Notes under the pieces: generated by a model
The model's input: the letters and a program-made list of their open reading frames with translations, nothing else
Told to the model about the DNA's origin: nothing
Databases searched by the model: none
Source: Candidatus Poribacteria bacterium
GTDB lineage: Bacteria; Poribacteria; WGA-4E; PCPOR2b
Reading direction: 5' to 3'
Length of the DNA stretch: 64,000 nucleotides
Assembly: GCA_965218095.1 (NCBI GenBank)
Contig: OZ244587.1
Location: 1,888,001-1,952,000 of the forward strand
Part shown: piece by piece, positions 20,903 to 30,815 of the stretch
How positions within the stretch are numbered: the stretch's first letter is position 1
Layout: each line of letters starts with the position of its first letter
Position numbers and translations under genes: made by a program

Positions 20903-22234
20903 CTAAATTCCTCCGACGAAACGCCCCGGATTCAGCAAACCCACCGGATCAAGACTGGCTTTGATTTTTTTCATTAGCTCCAAGCTGTGACCGACGGAAC
21001 CCCAAACATCAACCTGATGCTTGAGTGCGGTTGGGGCTGACTCGACAATAAGATTTCCACCGACATTTGCGGCAGCATCGCGTAAATTCGCAAGCGCACC
21101 TGCGACGGCTTGGACCGGAACATCACCGTCTGGAAACTCTGAGAAGGCAACGTAAACAATTCCATTCCCCATCAATCCCATCACTTGCACCAAGCTGTGC
21201 AAGTCATTGCCAGTGGTTAAGGCAATGTTGATAAAATCCTCAATGTCTGTTACTCGCAGGTTCGCTTTGCTCACGACAATTTGAGATGCCCAGCCACCTT
21301 CTGGAAAGGCACACATTGATGCCCGGAGAACCAGTTGAGACTCTCCTTCATACACTCCCACACCGATAGCTCCGTTTTGTTTCGCGTTTGATGTGATCTG
21401 ATCAATTTGCCATTCGACGGTTTCAGGATGTTCGTCCAGTCCAATTAGAACGCAAGGTTCCGCGACCTCCGTAAACGGGACGCCATTGATGAACAGATTG
21501 AGGAAGATCGGCAAAAGTTGAGAACTTGAGACATCCAATGCGGTATTGACCGCCTGTCCGATTTCCTTGAAGGTCAATAACACAGTGCGCTCAATCTCCG
21601 GCAGCGGTTGTAGTTTAAATGAGACTTCCGTAATGACGCCCAGCGTACCGAACGAGCCAGTATACAGCTTGTTGAGATCATATCCCGCCACATTTTTGAC
21701 GACCTTGCCGCCGCTCTTTACAACCGTTCCGCTCGATTGGACAACCCGCATGCCAAGCACGCGATCGCGAGTGGCACCAAAGCGCAGACGCGAGGGACCG
21801 CTGGAATTTGTTGAGGTTATGCCACCGATCGTTGCGTCGTCGGTGTAAGGCGGATCGAGGGGCAAATATTGTCTATGTTCAGCCAACTTTGCCTGGAGCT
21901 CGGCAAGCCGAATTCCTGCTTCCACAGTCACAGTTAAGTCAGCAGGCTCATATTCTAGCACTTGATTTAGCTTTGATGTCGAAAGGACAAGATCGACCTG
22001 TTCCGGCAGATTGCCGATGCCTAACTTTGTCCCATTCCCTGCGGGGATAACCGACAACTCGCCATCTGCAGCATAGCTCAACACCTCTTGAATTTCGTGG
22101 GTTGACGCAGGCAAAACGACAGCTTGGGGATCGACGCCATCAATTGCATAACGATTCAGTCGGTCATCAGAAAGCAGGCCGGCTTCGCTAACAATTTGAA
22201 CCAGATCCGCGTGCAACTGATTTGAATTAGACAT
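20903..22234 (-). CDS. FAD-binding oxidoreductase (GlcE-like)
   Basis: GNGTK, ATIGG, GGKVVKNVAGYDL, DPVGLLNPGRF. Confidence 0.88.
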   Translation of the reverse strand: MSNSNQLHADLVQIVSEAGLLSDDRLNRYAIDGVDPQAVVLPASTHEIQEVLSYAADGELSVIPAGNGTKLGIGNLPEQVDLVLSTSKLNQVLEYEPADLTVTVEAGIRLAELQAKLAEHRQYLPLDPPYTDDATIGGITSTNSSGPSRLRFGATRDRVLGMRVVQSSGTVVKSGGKVVKNVAGYDLNKLYTGSFGTLGVITEVSFKLQPLPEIERTVLLTFKEIGQAVNTALDVSSSQLLPIFLNLFINGVPFTEVAEPCVLIGLDEHPETVEWQIDQITSNAKQNGAIGVGVYEGESQLVLRASMCAFPEGGWASQIVVSKANLRVTDIEDFINIALTTGNDLHSLVQVMGLMGNGIVYVAFSEFPDGDVPVQAVAGALANLRDAAANVGGNLIVESAPTALKHQVDVWGSVGHSLELMKKIKASLDPVGLLNPGRFVGGI

Positions 22235-22241
22235 ATCGATA

Positions 22242-23182
22242 ACCCAAGTTGCGACCTATTCATCGAATATGTGAGTGAACTGAATATGTGAGTGAACTCA
22301 GAGCTGATTGATACTGCTAGCCAATACAAACAAGACCACTTTCAATTCAAATCCGTGTCGCGTTACTGCATGGATTGAACGTGGAAGCAGTTTGTTAATC
22401 AAACTGCCAGCCGTCTCAACAGACTTACGATGGTAATTAGCCAAGTAGGTCTCCCATGGTGGATACAGCCGCTTGGAATTCTTCTTGCGTACTGGCTTTA
22501 ATTCGACTCCGACTGATGTAACAATATCTTCTATCTCATAATTATTGTATGCTTTGTCACCATAGCCCGGTGGCAAGTCGAAGTCAAACCACTGTAACCC
22601 TTCAACGTCCCCTGTACTGGCTGGGGTCACAAAAAATTCAACAGGGTGTCGACTCGCAGTCACTAGCAGATGAACTTTCAAGCCATAGAAATACCGACGT
22701 TTGGACGCTTGATAGCCTCGATATGCCTTATCGGTGTAGATTTTTGACCGACGAATGCGGAACAAACAGCAATTGGTATGGTATCCAGTGCATAGATTTT
22801 CTGTTGATTAAGTTGCACATAGCTTCGTCCCAAGATTTTGAACAATGTGGTGAACATCGGTTTAATTCGATGAAGTCGTCGGTTGAATCGACTTTTTGAA
22901 AGCATCTTGGGTATATAGCCATGAGTCTTTAGAAAGTCACAAGTGGTTTGCAAGTTTGCCCCGAAGAACAACGCAGCGACGATGCCGGTGGTCATCACTT
23001 CGGCATCAGACATCTGCGTTTGTGGGTGTGGTTTTGAGTTGAGTGCTTCTAAGAGCTTGTCACAGAGATAGAAAATGGTTGCAATTTGGATGTCCATGGG
23101 TTTCTCCTTTGAGGTATTATGGTTTGGATTACCTCTACTTTAACGGAAAACCCATGGATTTTCAATTACTAGCAACTTGGGT
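22242..23182 (-). mobile_element. IS982-family element with a frameshifted transposase (22298-23097)
   Basis: ACCCAAGTTGC TIRs; MSDAEVMT, SRFNRR, YFYGLKVH and GDKAY motifs; split ORFs. Confidence 0.9.
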
Positions 23183-23344
23183 TAGTATTATGGCAATTTC
23201 TATATTTTTTTTCTGTTTTAGGGTAGAAATGCGTTATAATATACCAAAGTCGCTCAACCAATGGGGGCGCTCATAATAATTCTTGGTTGTTCGGCTTGAG
23301 GCTATCCCCAGTGGGTAGCTGGGGGTAGCCACATCCACTCTATA

Positions 23345-23408
23345 TTGTAGCAAATAATTATTGTAGCATTGTAGCAAATAATTATTGTAGCAAATAATTG
23401 TAGCAAAT
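23345..23408. repeat. Short tandem repeats of TTGTAGCAAATAA(TTA)
   Basis: Unit repeated several times, read directly from the sequence. Confidence 0.75.
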
Positions 23409-23478
23409 ACGCAAAGTCTTGTCAAACAAAAAAAACATCTGAGATCAGTCCGGATCAGATCCAGGTACTGATGGAGGT

Positions 23479-23802
23479 TTGGTTGTGGGGAGATGTGAGT
23501 GTTCGACTTTTATAGCTATAGCTTTTTTTGCAGGGTGTGCTGTTGGTGTTATCGATCACAAAGGTGGTTGGGAACAGTTCTGGGAGCAGTTTTGGTTTGA
23601 AACTTGGCACATCACACCGGAGCAAAAGGAAGCAAAACGGAGAAGGGAGAGCAGGGAGACCCTAGATGAACAGTGGAGGAAGAACGGATATTATGCGGGT
23701 CTTGAAAGTGGGATTGGATTTGCTATTGGTGCTCTTATGCTATGTCTAGTGCTCAACAAAATATATAAAATAAAAGAGATAAAAGGGGGTAGCGAGAAAT
23801 GA
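23479..23802 (+). CDS. Small hypothetical membrane protein
   Basis: GGAGG upstream and two hydrophobic segments; start uncertain. Confidence 0.5.
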   Translation: MVVGRCECSTFIAIAFFAGCAVGVIDHKGGWEQFWEQFWFETWHITPEQKEAKRRRESRETLDEQWRKNGYYAGLESGIGFAIGALMLCLVLNKIYKIKEIKGGSEK

Positions 23803-24043
23803 AGAAGTAAAGCTGATCGCGCCAGTCGGCACGGTGGCGATCTTCAACTCGGCCCTCTGGCACGGGGCAACGATGAATCCGAACCGTATCCCGCGCGCCA
23901 ACCTCACCAGCTTCTGGTCCCGGCGCGTGTTTCCCGACGGTTCGCGCCGGGAGAACCGCTTGAGCCAAGACGCGTTCGACCGTCTCAGCGAACCGGCGCG
24001 ATGCTTGTTTGACCCGCCGGGTGACAACAACAGCGCCAAGTAA
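23798..24043 (+). pseudogene. C-terminal fragment of a PhyH-family dioxygenase
   Basis: EEVKLIAPVGTVAIFNSALWHGATMN...RANL; N-terminus missing. Confidence 0.65.
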
Positions 24044-24177
24044 CCTCGCTACGCAGGATTCAAAAAACCTGTGGCTGCTTGATGACTAGAGCGGCGAATT
24101 GACGAGGACTGTCACATTTCTTTACTCGCCATGAGTTCAAAACAAAACGTATGTCAGAAAGATTGAGGTAATCCACG

Positions 24178-25089
24178 ATGAAATACGATAAAGTCAATCG
24201 AATATTTGACTGCGATCCCACCCTAACCGACACACAGGTTCTGGAATTTTGCCGAAATGGTTTCCTACATCTTCCAGGCGTTGTGCCCGATGAAATTAAT
24301 CAACGATCCTGTGATTATTTGAATGGAAAGATACCCGCTAGCCCCAGTTTCATTCCTGAAGGACTCACAGCGGATGATTTAGAGAGAATTCGCAACTCTC
24401 ATGAACCAAGCACGATCCTTCTTGAGGATTGGTTTGTTGAGCATGTCCTTCTCAATCCACAATTAGCCGGTGCATTGCGGTCACTCTTGGGGAAGAACGC
24501 AGGCTTGCCAGTTCTGGTGAGTAAGCACAGTGTTGAATATCCAGCTCCGCCCCAGAGGTGGCATCATGATGCGGACCATATATTTGGGCCTGAAGTCAAT
24601 TTTCTCGAAGTCTTTTACTTCCCTCAGGATACCCCGCTGGAGATGGGACCAACTGAGCTGGTGCTGGGGTCGCATGTTCGCCCAACCACCTGTGATGCGG
24701 ACGATCCAGGGGTCCCAGCCATCGGCCCCGCCGGATCAATCGGTATCCACTCTCAGAGTATTCTCCATCGCCAGGGCGAATCCACGGAAACAGGGATGCG
24801 TCATATGCTGAAATACAGTTACTGGCGAACAGTACCTCCGGAACGAGATTGGATTGTTGAACCGGACTTTGACTTGCGGACGGCCGATTATGGCGGTCAT
24901 AGAGCGGCCAGGTATATTGCCCATATGTTCTATTGGTTATGCGGCAAGGGAGATGAATTTCGGATAATCGGTGGACAAGCGTGGCCTTGGAAAACTGAGA
25001 ACCAGATCGGTCCGTCGTATGGATTCGGGGTGAAGGAAGGGTACCTCCCAAACTGGCGGAGGAATAACCCTGATGATTACGCCGCTTGA
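24178..25089 (+). CDS. Phytanoyl-CoA dioxygenase (PhyH) family protein
   Basis: F..NGFL.LPGVV, WHHD, GPTELVLGSH, ILHR. Confidence 0.88.
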   Translation: MKYDKVNRIFDCDPTLTDTQVLEFCRNGFLHLPGVVPDEINQRSCDYLNGKIPASPSFIPEGLTADDLERIRNSHEPSTILLEDWFVEHVLLNPQLAGALRSLLGKNAGLPVLVSKHSVEYPAPPQRWHHDADHIFGPEVNFLEVFYFPQDTPLEMGPTELVLGSHVRPTTCDADDPGVPAIGPAGSIGIHSQSILHRQGESTETGMRHMLKYSYWRTVPPERDWIVEPDFDLRTADYGGHRAARYIAHMFYWLCGKGDEFRIIGGQAWPWKTENQIGPSYGFGVKEGYLPNWRRNNPDDYAA

Positions 25090-25234
25090 AATTCTTGCTC
25101 TACTGGTGCATAACAAAAAGAAGATATAAAACTGATTGACTTCTAACTAGGATGTGTGGTAGAGTGTGGTGTACTATCTTGCAAAAAGAAATCGTGGTGA
25201 GCTATAGTGAGTCGTTGCTTCACGCATGAGACTA

Positions 25235-26045
25235 GGTTCTGTTGACATTTCAAGGGAGCCATATAAGAGTGGAGACAAAGCTGAGAAATCCAAAATAACG
25301 GACAACTAGCTTCTCAAACCGAGAGAAGATACGACGATACCATTTTATCTTGTTGATGAAACATTCAACCCGATGTCTCTCTTTGTATAAGTGTTTGTCA
25401 TACGTTCTTTGGTCAACACGATGACTTTTTGGCGGTATCACCGCAATCACTCCATTCGCCTTGATAACCGCGATAAAAGCGTCCGAATCGTACCCCTTGT
25501 CTCCATCACTGTTATATCCGATTATCAACCCTTCTGCCTCAGTTATGTCATGTCTCTGACCGGGGGTCAGATGAATTCTTAGGGGATTGCCTAGTCCGTC
25601 AACTGTGATGTGATTTTTTGTACTGAAACCGCCCCGAGACCGACCTAATGCTTGGTTTTCAGTGCCACCCTTTTTTTTAAGGCGCCCGCCGCACACGGGT
25701 GAGCGCGGCAGATTGTACTGTCCACAATAAGCGACTCGATATCGGGGTCAGAGGCGAAGTGGGGGTGCATCTGTGTGAAGATACCTTTGTCGCACCATCG
25801 AGCAAAACGCTTGTAGCGGGTGTTCCATTTGCCATAGGTGTCTGGTAGAAGTCTCCATTGAGCCCCGCTACGAGTCACCCACAGGACGGCTTCGACGAAG
25901 CGGCGTGTAGCAGCTTCGTCGCCAACATAGATGGTGGGACAGCTTAGAAGAAACCGGTATATCTTATTCCATTGTTCATCAGATAAGGTTATTGGCGTCA
26001 TTCTTCTATTATGCCACAACCTTATACTCAAATGTCAACAGAATC
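25235..26045 (-). mobile_element. IS5-family (IS427-like) element; transposase in two ORFs joined at an A-run
   Basis: TIRs GGTTCTGTTGACATTT / AAATGTCAACAGAATC, TA flanks; [34 protein letters not shown]. Confidence 0.95.
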
Positions 26046-26512
26046 TAGTAAAAAAACGCTGTTTTATCGTTTCTCCACGGGGTCAAGACCCTTTTCGTAT
26101 TCCTACTGATTTAGGGGTGACCCCTGCGACCTATATCCCGAAAGGCAGGATAATAACCTTGTAGCCGCATTAGGTCCTACCTGTCACCAAATAAGGAAAG
26201 CCATAAGTAGACGATTACAGAATATGGCAGAAAGTGAGTAGTCATGAGCGATTGAACCGGGTGACTAAAGTGCAAAAGTAGAATTGACAAGGCTTCAAGC
26301 ACTTGTGGGACGAGAAAAAGCGAGCAGAAAATTGACGAAAGAATCTCTCCCCATTGCCGCTTGAGAGCACCAATCGCTTTGTCTCGCTTCGGCCATCTTA
26401 TCCGATGTTTGACTTTGGCTAACAGAAAATACAACACGGCCCGGCATATGATGTGACCTCCCCAGAAGCGACCAAACCCAAAACTCAAGCTTACATTGAA
26501 AGGAGTTTTTCC

Positions 26513-28094
26513 ATGAAAACCTTACAGATCTTCTTTGTGTGTCTGATTTTAGGAATCGGACAGGTGACCGTAACCCACGCCGCCGAAGTTAAGTTCCTCC
26601 CGGAGGACATAGGCCAAGGTGACTGGTTTGGATTCTCCGTCTCCATCAGCGGGGACACCGTCATCGCCGGGACTCCGTTCAACGCGGGAACAGGCTCCGC
26701 CTATATCTCCGTATTCGACAATGGGAATTGGATACAGGAGGCGAAACTGGTCGCCGCCGACCTAGCTGCAAAAAACTGGTTTGGATTTTCTGTCTCCATC
26801 AGCGAGGCTAACGCCATTGTCGGCGCTCCACTTCACAATGTTGCCGATGTAAAATGGACAGGCGCGGCGTATATTTTCGTGCGTAAAGTAAAGGGTCAGC
26901 GAGCAGAATGGGAAGAGCAGGCGAAACTCATTGCCAAGGACGCAGGGAAAGAGGACGAGTTCGGATATGCCGTTGCCATCAGCGGGGACACTGCCATCAT
27001 TGGAGCGCATCTAGACAGCCATGAGGGGGCAGAAAAGGCTGGCTCTGCCTACATCTTCGTTCGCGAGAGGGACGGTTGGAAACAGCAGGCAAAGCTTATT
27101 GCCAGCGACGCCGCGGAAAAGGACGAGTTCGGGAGATCCGTCGCCATTCACAAGAACACTGTCATCATCGGAGCGCATCTAGACGATGATAGCGGCAGCA
27201 AGTCCGGCGCGGCGTATATCTTCGCGTGGGAGGGGGAGGCGTGGAGTGAGCAGGCAAAGCTTACCACCAGCGACGCCGCCGCACGTGACGAGTTCGGAAC
27301 TTCCGTCGCCATCAGCGGACGCTCCGTCATCGTCGGATCACCATTGGACGATGATGCCGGCAGCAAGTCCGGTTCGGCGTATATCTTCGCGCGCAACGGG
27401 GGCGTGGAGTGAGCAGGTGAAACTTACCGCCAGCGACGCGGCGGCAGGCGCCCAGTTCGGCGCCGCTGTCGCCTTCGACGTGAATCGGATCATCGTCGGG
27501 GCGCCATTGCACGATGCTTCCAAAGCGGATATGGGCACCGCCTATGCCTTTTTACGGGTTGATGGGGCGTGGGTTGAGCAGTCAAAGACCACCCACAAGA
27601 AAGCAGAGGAAGCGGATGAGTTCGGACATGCCGTTGCCGTCGTCACAGCCCATAGGAAAAATCTTCGTGCTGCAGGAGGACCATGTTGTGATTTCGGAGT
27701 CGATGGCGGGGCAGCGTATATGTATGATGCCACAAAAGATCTTAGTATACCTCTCTCCGTCGAGCCGGCTTTCTTGACGACGACTACGTTGGGGCAGGTC
27801 AAGCAGTCGGCATTGCTTCAAAACTTCCCCAATCCGTTTAATCCAGAAACATGGATGCCGTATGTGTTAGCCGCCGATGCCAAAGTGACCATTCGTATCT
27901 ACGATGTGCAAGGACAACTTGTCCGTCAGTTAGCGCCCGGTTTGCGACAAGCGGGCAGTTATCTCAGCCGAGAAACCGCGGCGTATTGGGATGGCAAAGA
28001 CCGATTCGGAGAGGCGGTTTCGAGTGGCATCTATTTCTACACGCTTAAGGCTAGCGCTTTCCAAGCCACCCGACGAATGGTCATCTTGAAATAG
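26513..28094 (+). pseudogene. Secreted FG-GAP repeat protein with a Poribacteria-type C-terminal domain, frameshifted near 27400
   Basis: Signal peptide; repeated FG.SVAISG..IIGA..D..GSAYIF; C-terminal LLQNFPNPFNPETWMPY lies in a different frame. Confidence 0.85.
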
Positions 28095-28219
28095 TATCAA
28101 ATGACCAGATGATGGTTGGAATGCTGATGTCTATTGCCTTCCAGCCATCACCCATGAGCGGGTTGGATTGGGTGAACTCGCATCTCCTTCGAGAAATGGA
28201 TACGCTTGGATATAAGCGT
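28095..28219 (-). ncRNA. Predicted ~125-nt structured RNA from the element's non-coding end
   Basis: Lies downstream of a near-consensus promoter; four consecutive hairpins; no ORF. Confidence 0.55.
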
Positions 28220-28224
28220 AACGA

Positions 28225-28253
28225 AGTATAGCAAAAAAGATAGCGGGTGTCAA
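28225..28253 (-). promoter_or_regulatory. Sigma70 promoter TTGACA-N17-TATACT with extended -10 TG
   Basis: -35 at 28253-28248, -10 at 28230-28225. Confidence 0.8.
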
Positions 28254-28320
28254 ACCAATCTTCAAGTAAAATTACGATGTTTTGTTGGGCAAAACGCTAA
28301 GCAACGTTTGTCCGATTTTA

Positions 28321-29213
28321 TCATTGGGGGTCTCCTGTAGGTTCGGAACGGAACAGGGTGTTGGCATCTTTACAGCTTTCTGATTCGGTTGCTAAGTTAG
28401 CGTCCATGTCATCAAGCGAATGTTGAGGAATCAGGTCAAGATATTGAGAGATGACGCGTTTGGAGAGCCGGGTAATCTGAGAGATTTTGTCAATATCCTC
28501 CGTAGCGGCACGAACCGTCTTAACGGACTCATAATCGCGAATGTATCGGTCAACCGCTTCTTTAGAGTGGCTGGTTTTGGCAGCAGATGCCCTTGGAGAT
28601 AGAGGGTAACAATCTCTTTCTTGTGGGTAATCGCTCCCGATAAATCATGGATATTGCCCCGGGTGGGCAAGAGTTTTCCACTATTTTTTTGCCACTCATT
28701 GACATAGTCGCTGACGATGGCATCACAGATATTGAGCAACACAGCTAGGTCGAGTTGGGTCAATAATGCGCCTTGGTCATAGGCTTGATAACACCATCGG
28801 ACTAATCAATTGATTCTGAGTTGCCGGGAAGTAAAACCGTTGCGAAAGGATTCAATATCCTCAGAAGCGAGGTAGGTCAGAACAACCAGCTTCATAGCGG
28901 TTTTGACGATTGACTTCCCTTTTTGTGGGTATTCATCAATCGGCACAGCCATCCGGACCAATTGCCCATAACTGAGCATTCGCTGATTAGGGATTTGGTC
29001 TCCTGTGGCGAGTTTCTCAAGGGGGAGGGCAATCAAGAAATAGCCTTCAATGGTTTTGACAATGTCATCAACAATGACAGCCGCCGTGACTTCTCCTTTG
29101 TCATAACCGTAAGAATTGATAAAGCGATGAATTAGTAGCTATTGCAGGGATTTATCATTGAGGCGTCTGAATTTCTTCTCGTTGACTTCGGTTCGAGTCA
29201 AGGGTTTACTCAT
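28321..29213 (-). pseudogene. Second DUF1670-like gene (two nonsense codons and one frameshift)
   Basis: ATGA overlap with ORF1; TAG at 29139-41, TGA at 28806-08, frameshift near 28580; QAYDQGALLTQLDLA, PTRGNIHD, THKK, HSKEAVDRY. Confidence 0.8.
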
Positions 29214-30010
29214 GAGGGGTTCCCCTTTTCCGCATCAACCGGTTCCGGGTGAAGGAGTTGAGTCATTCGTTGTGTTTGTTGGTACTCATCATATAGCAAG
29301 AGATACTCCCGAATTAGTCGGTCCGATAGATGCGTAATGAGCCGTATCTGTCCCTTTGGAAAGCCTTGATGATGGAGGCTTGCTACCTGTGTGAAATCGC
29401 GCAAGTATCGCCAGACCGCTCGTTGGGTATGATTAGTCTTTTGCTCAATTTCAGTGAACTGATACCCTTTGAAGTACAATTCCAGAATCTGAGTCTTATG
29501 AGAGATGCCAGGCCCCATGTCATGTTTGGCACCGCGAGTCATAACAAAGTAACCGTCCTGTTTCAACTGTCGAATGTCGCGCTTGACGGTCGCTGGACTG
29601 GTGGTTAATAGCACCGCTAAATCTTCATAGCTGAGCAGGGCATCTTGGTCATAGGCTTGTTTGGTTAATCGGAGAATTCGATGGCGTCTGAGTCCAGAAA
29701 GCCCATAATCGGCTAACATCTCAAGGTCAGTTTGGACATCATTGAGAGTGAGTTGACATGAGACTTTTTTCGCTAACGCGATATGTTTGCCTGCCGGTTC
29801 ATCGGCTGCGACTGCCTCATAGCAGATTTGGCCTGACGTGAGTTCAATTTCGGCATGTTGAGCAAAGTAGGAAGCAATCTGTTTATAGTAGGCTTCGGCA
29901 ATCAGTGGCATTAGATTAAAGTCTGATGAAATCTTCTGAATGATGGCTGCCCTTGCGGTCTTTGATTGTAGACGGTTGATACCGTAGGCTGTATTGCTTT
30001 GTGGTTTCAT
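29210..30010 (-). CDS. DUF1670-like protein
   Basis: RILRLTKQAYDQDALLSYEDLAVLL..S..TVKRDI, TRGAKHDMGPGISHK; GGAGG RBS; upstream TTGTAT-N17-TAAACT. Confidence 0.8.
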   Translation of the reverse strand: MKPQSNTAYGINRLQSKTARAAIIQKISSDFNLMPLIAEAYYKQIASYFAQHAEIELTSGQICYEAVAADEPAGKHIALAKKVSCQLTLNDVQTDLEMLADYGLSGLRRHRILRLTKQAYDQDALLSYEDLAVLLTTSPATVKRDIRQLKQDGYFVMTRGAKHDMGPGISHKTQILELYFKGYQFTEIEQKTNHTQRAVWRYLRDFTQVASLHHQGFPKGQIRLITHLSDRLIREYLLLYDEYQQTQRMTQLLHPEPVDAEKGNPS

Positions 30011-30138
30011 ATTGACCTCCATGAGTGGATTGTAGTTGATGGCAATACCATCTCCTTTTAGTTTAGCTCATGGGGTCATTTGATACAAACTATAAATAGA
30101 AGGAGCGTATTGTAACGCGCACCGATTGTTTTGATTTG

Positions 30139-30167
30139 GCCCGCATCTCAGTAATGCAGGCTTTTTT
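30139..30167 (+). terminator. Probable intrinsic terminator of the FG-GAP gene, displaced by the element
   Basis: GCCCGCAT-loop-ATGCAGGC followed by a T-run. Confidence 0.5.
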
Positions 30168-30815
30168 CATAGAAAATTCGTGCCTCCCTATCAAGGGGAA
30201 TTATTTGCTATTGTGGAGAGCACGAAGCCAGATATCGTTATCTACACGAACGTAAGCGCAAGAAGTCGTATGGGCAACAGGTAGCGCGGGCTTCAAATCC
30301 GGTCAATGGAGTCGGCGCAGACCGGGTGGTGAGCGTCTAAATCATACCATTTGCAGCGAATCCAGACTTCGGAAGTTTTCCGCAGGATCGTTTCGATTCA
30401 AACCACGCGCAAAACTTCTGAAGGCTTAAACAGTGAAGGAACTCGCCCTTCTAGTGGCACCTGAGCTGCTCACGGATTTGACGTGTCGCTTTATCGATTC
30501 CCTGTTTTTGATGCAGCGTCAAAAACCTCCAGTCAATAGATTGGTGGCATGCATGAATTTTAGGAAGCAAAGTTGTTCTTACCTTTCGCGTAATCCCGAG
30601 GAAGTTTTTTTAATTTCGGAGTCCGAATCCGCACGTAGCACGGATCTAATAATCGGCCGTTTCACTTGAGAAACACGACCTTTGCGGTGATGTGGCAATC
30701 CATCGAATCGGGAGGGAACTCCTGCTACGACTGGATCTAAAAATTAGAAAAATTGTTCCGAAATAATGCGAAAGGTCAGCTAAAGGCTACACATTACGCA
30801 TTTCGGAGATGTTTG

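Larger units (their letters stand above)
28095..30093 (-). mobile_element. Putative novel mobile element carrying two DUF1670-like genes
   Basis: 13-bp inverted repeats GTATCAAATGACC (28094-28106) / GGTCATTTGATAC (30074-30086); AAATAG direct repeats at 28089-94 and 30094-99. Confidence 0.8.

Noticed and set aside
23345-23408. Mini-CRISPR or iterons
   Set aside because: Head-to-tail slippage repeats without spacers or a nearby rep gene.
26620-27640. DNA-level repeats as a non-coding array
   Set aside because: Explained by FG-GAP protein repeats.
30170-30800. Riboswitch or T-box leader upstream of pheA
   Set aside because: Long intergenic region, but I found no recognisable T-box, attenuator peptide or riboswitch motif.
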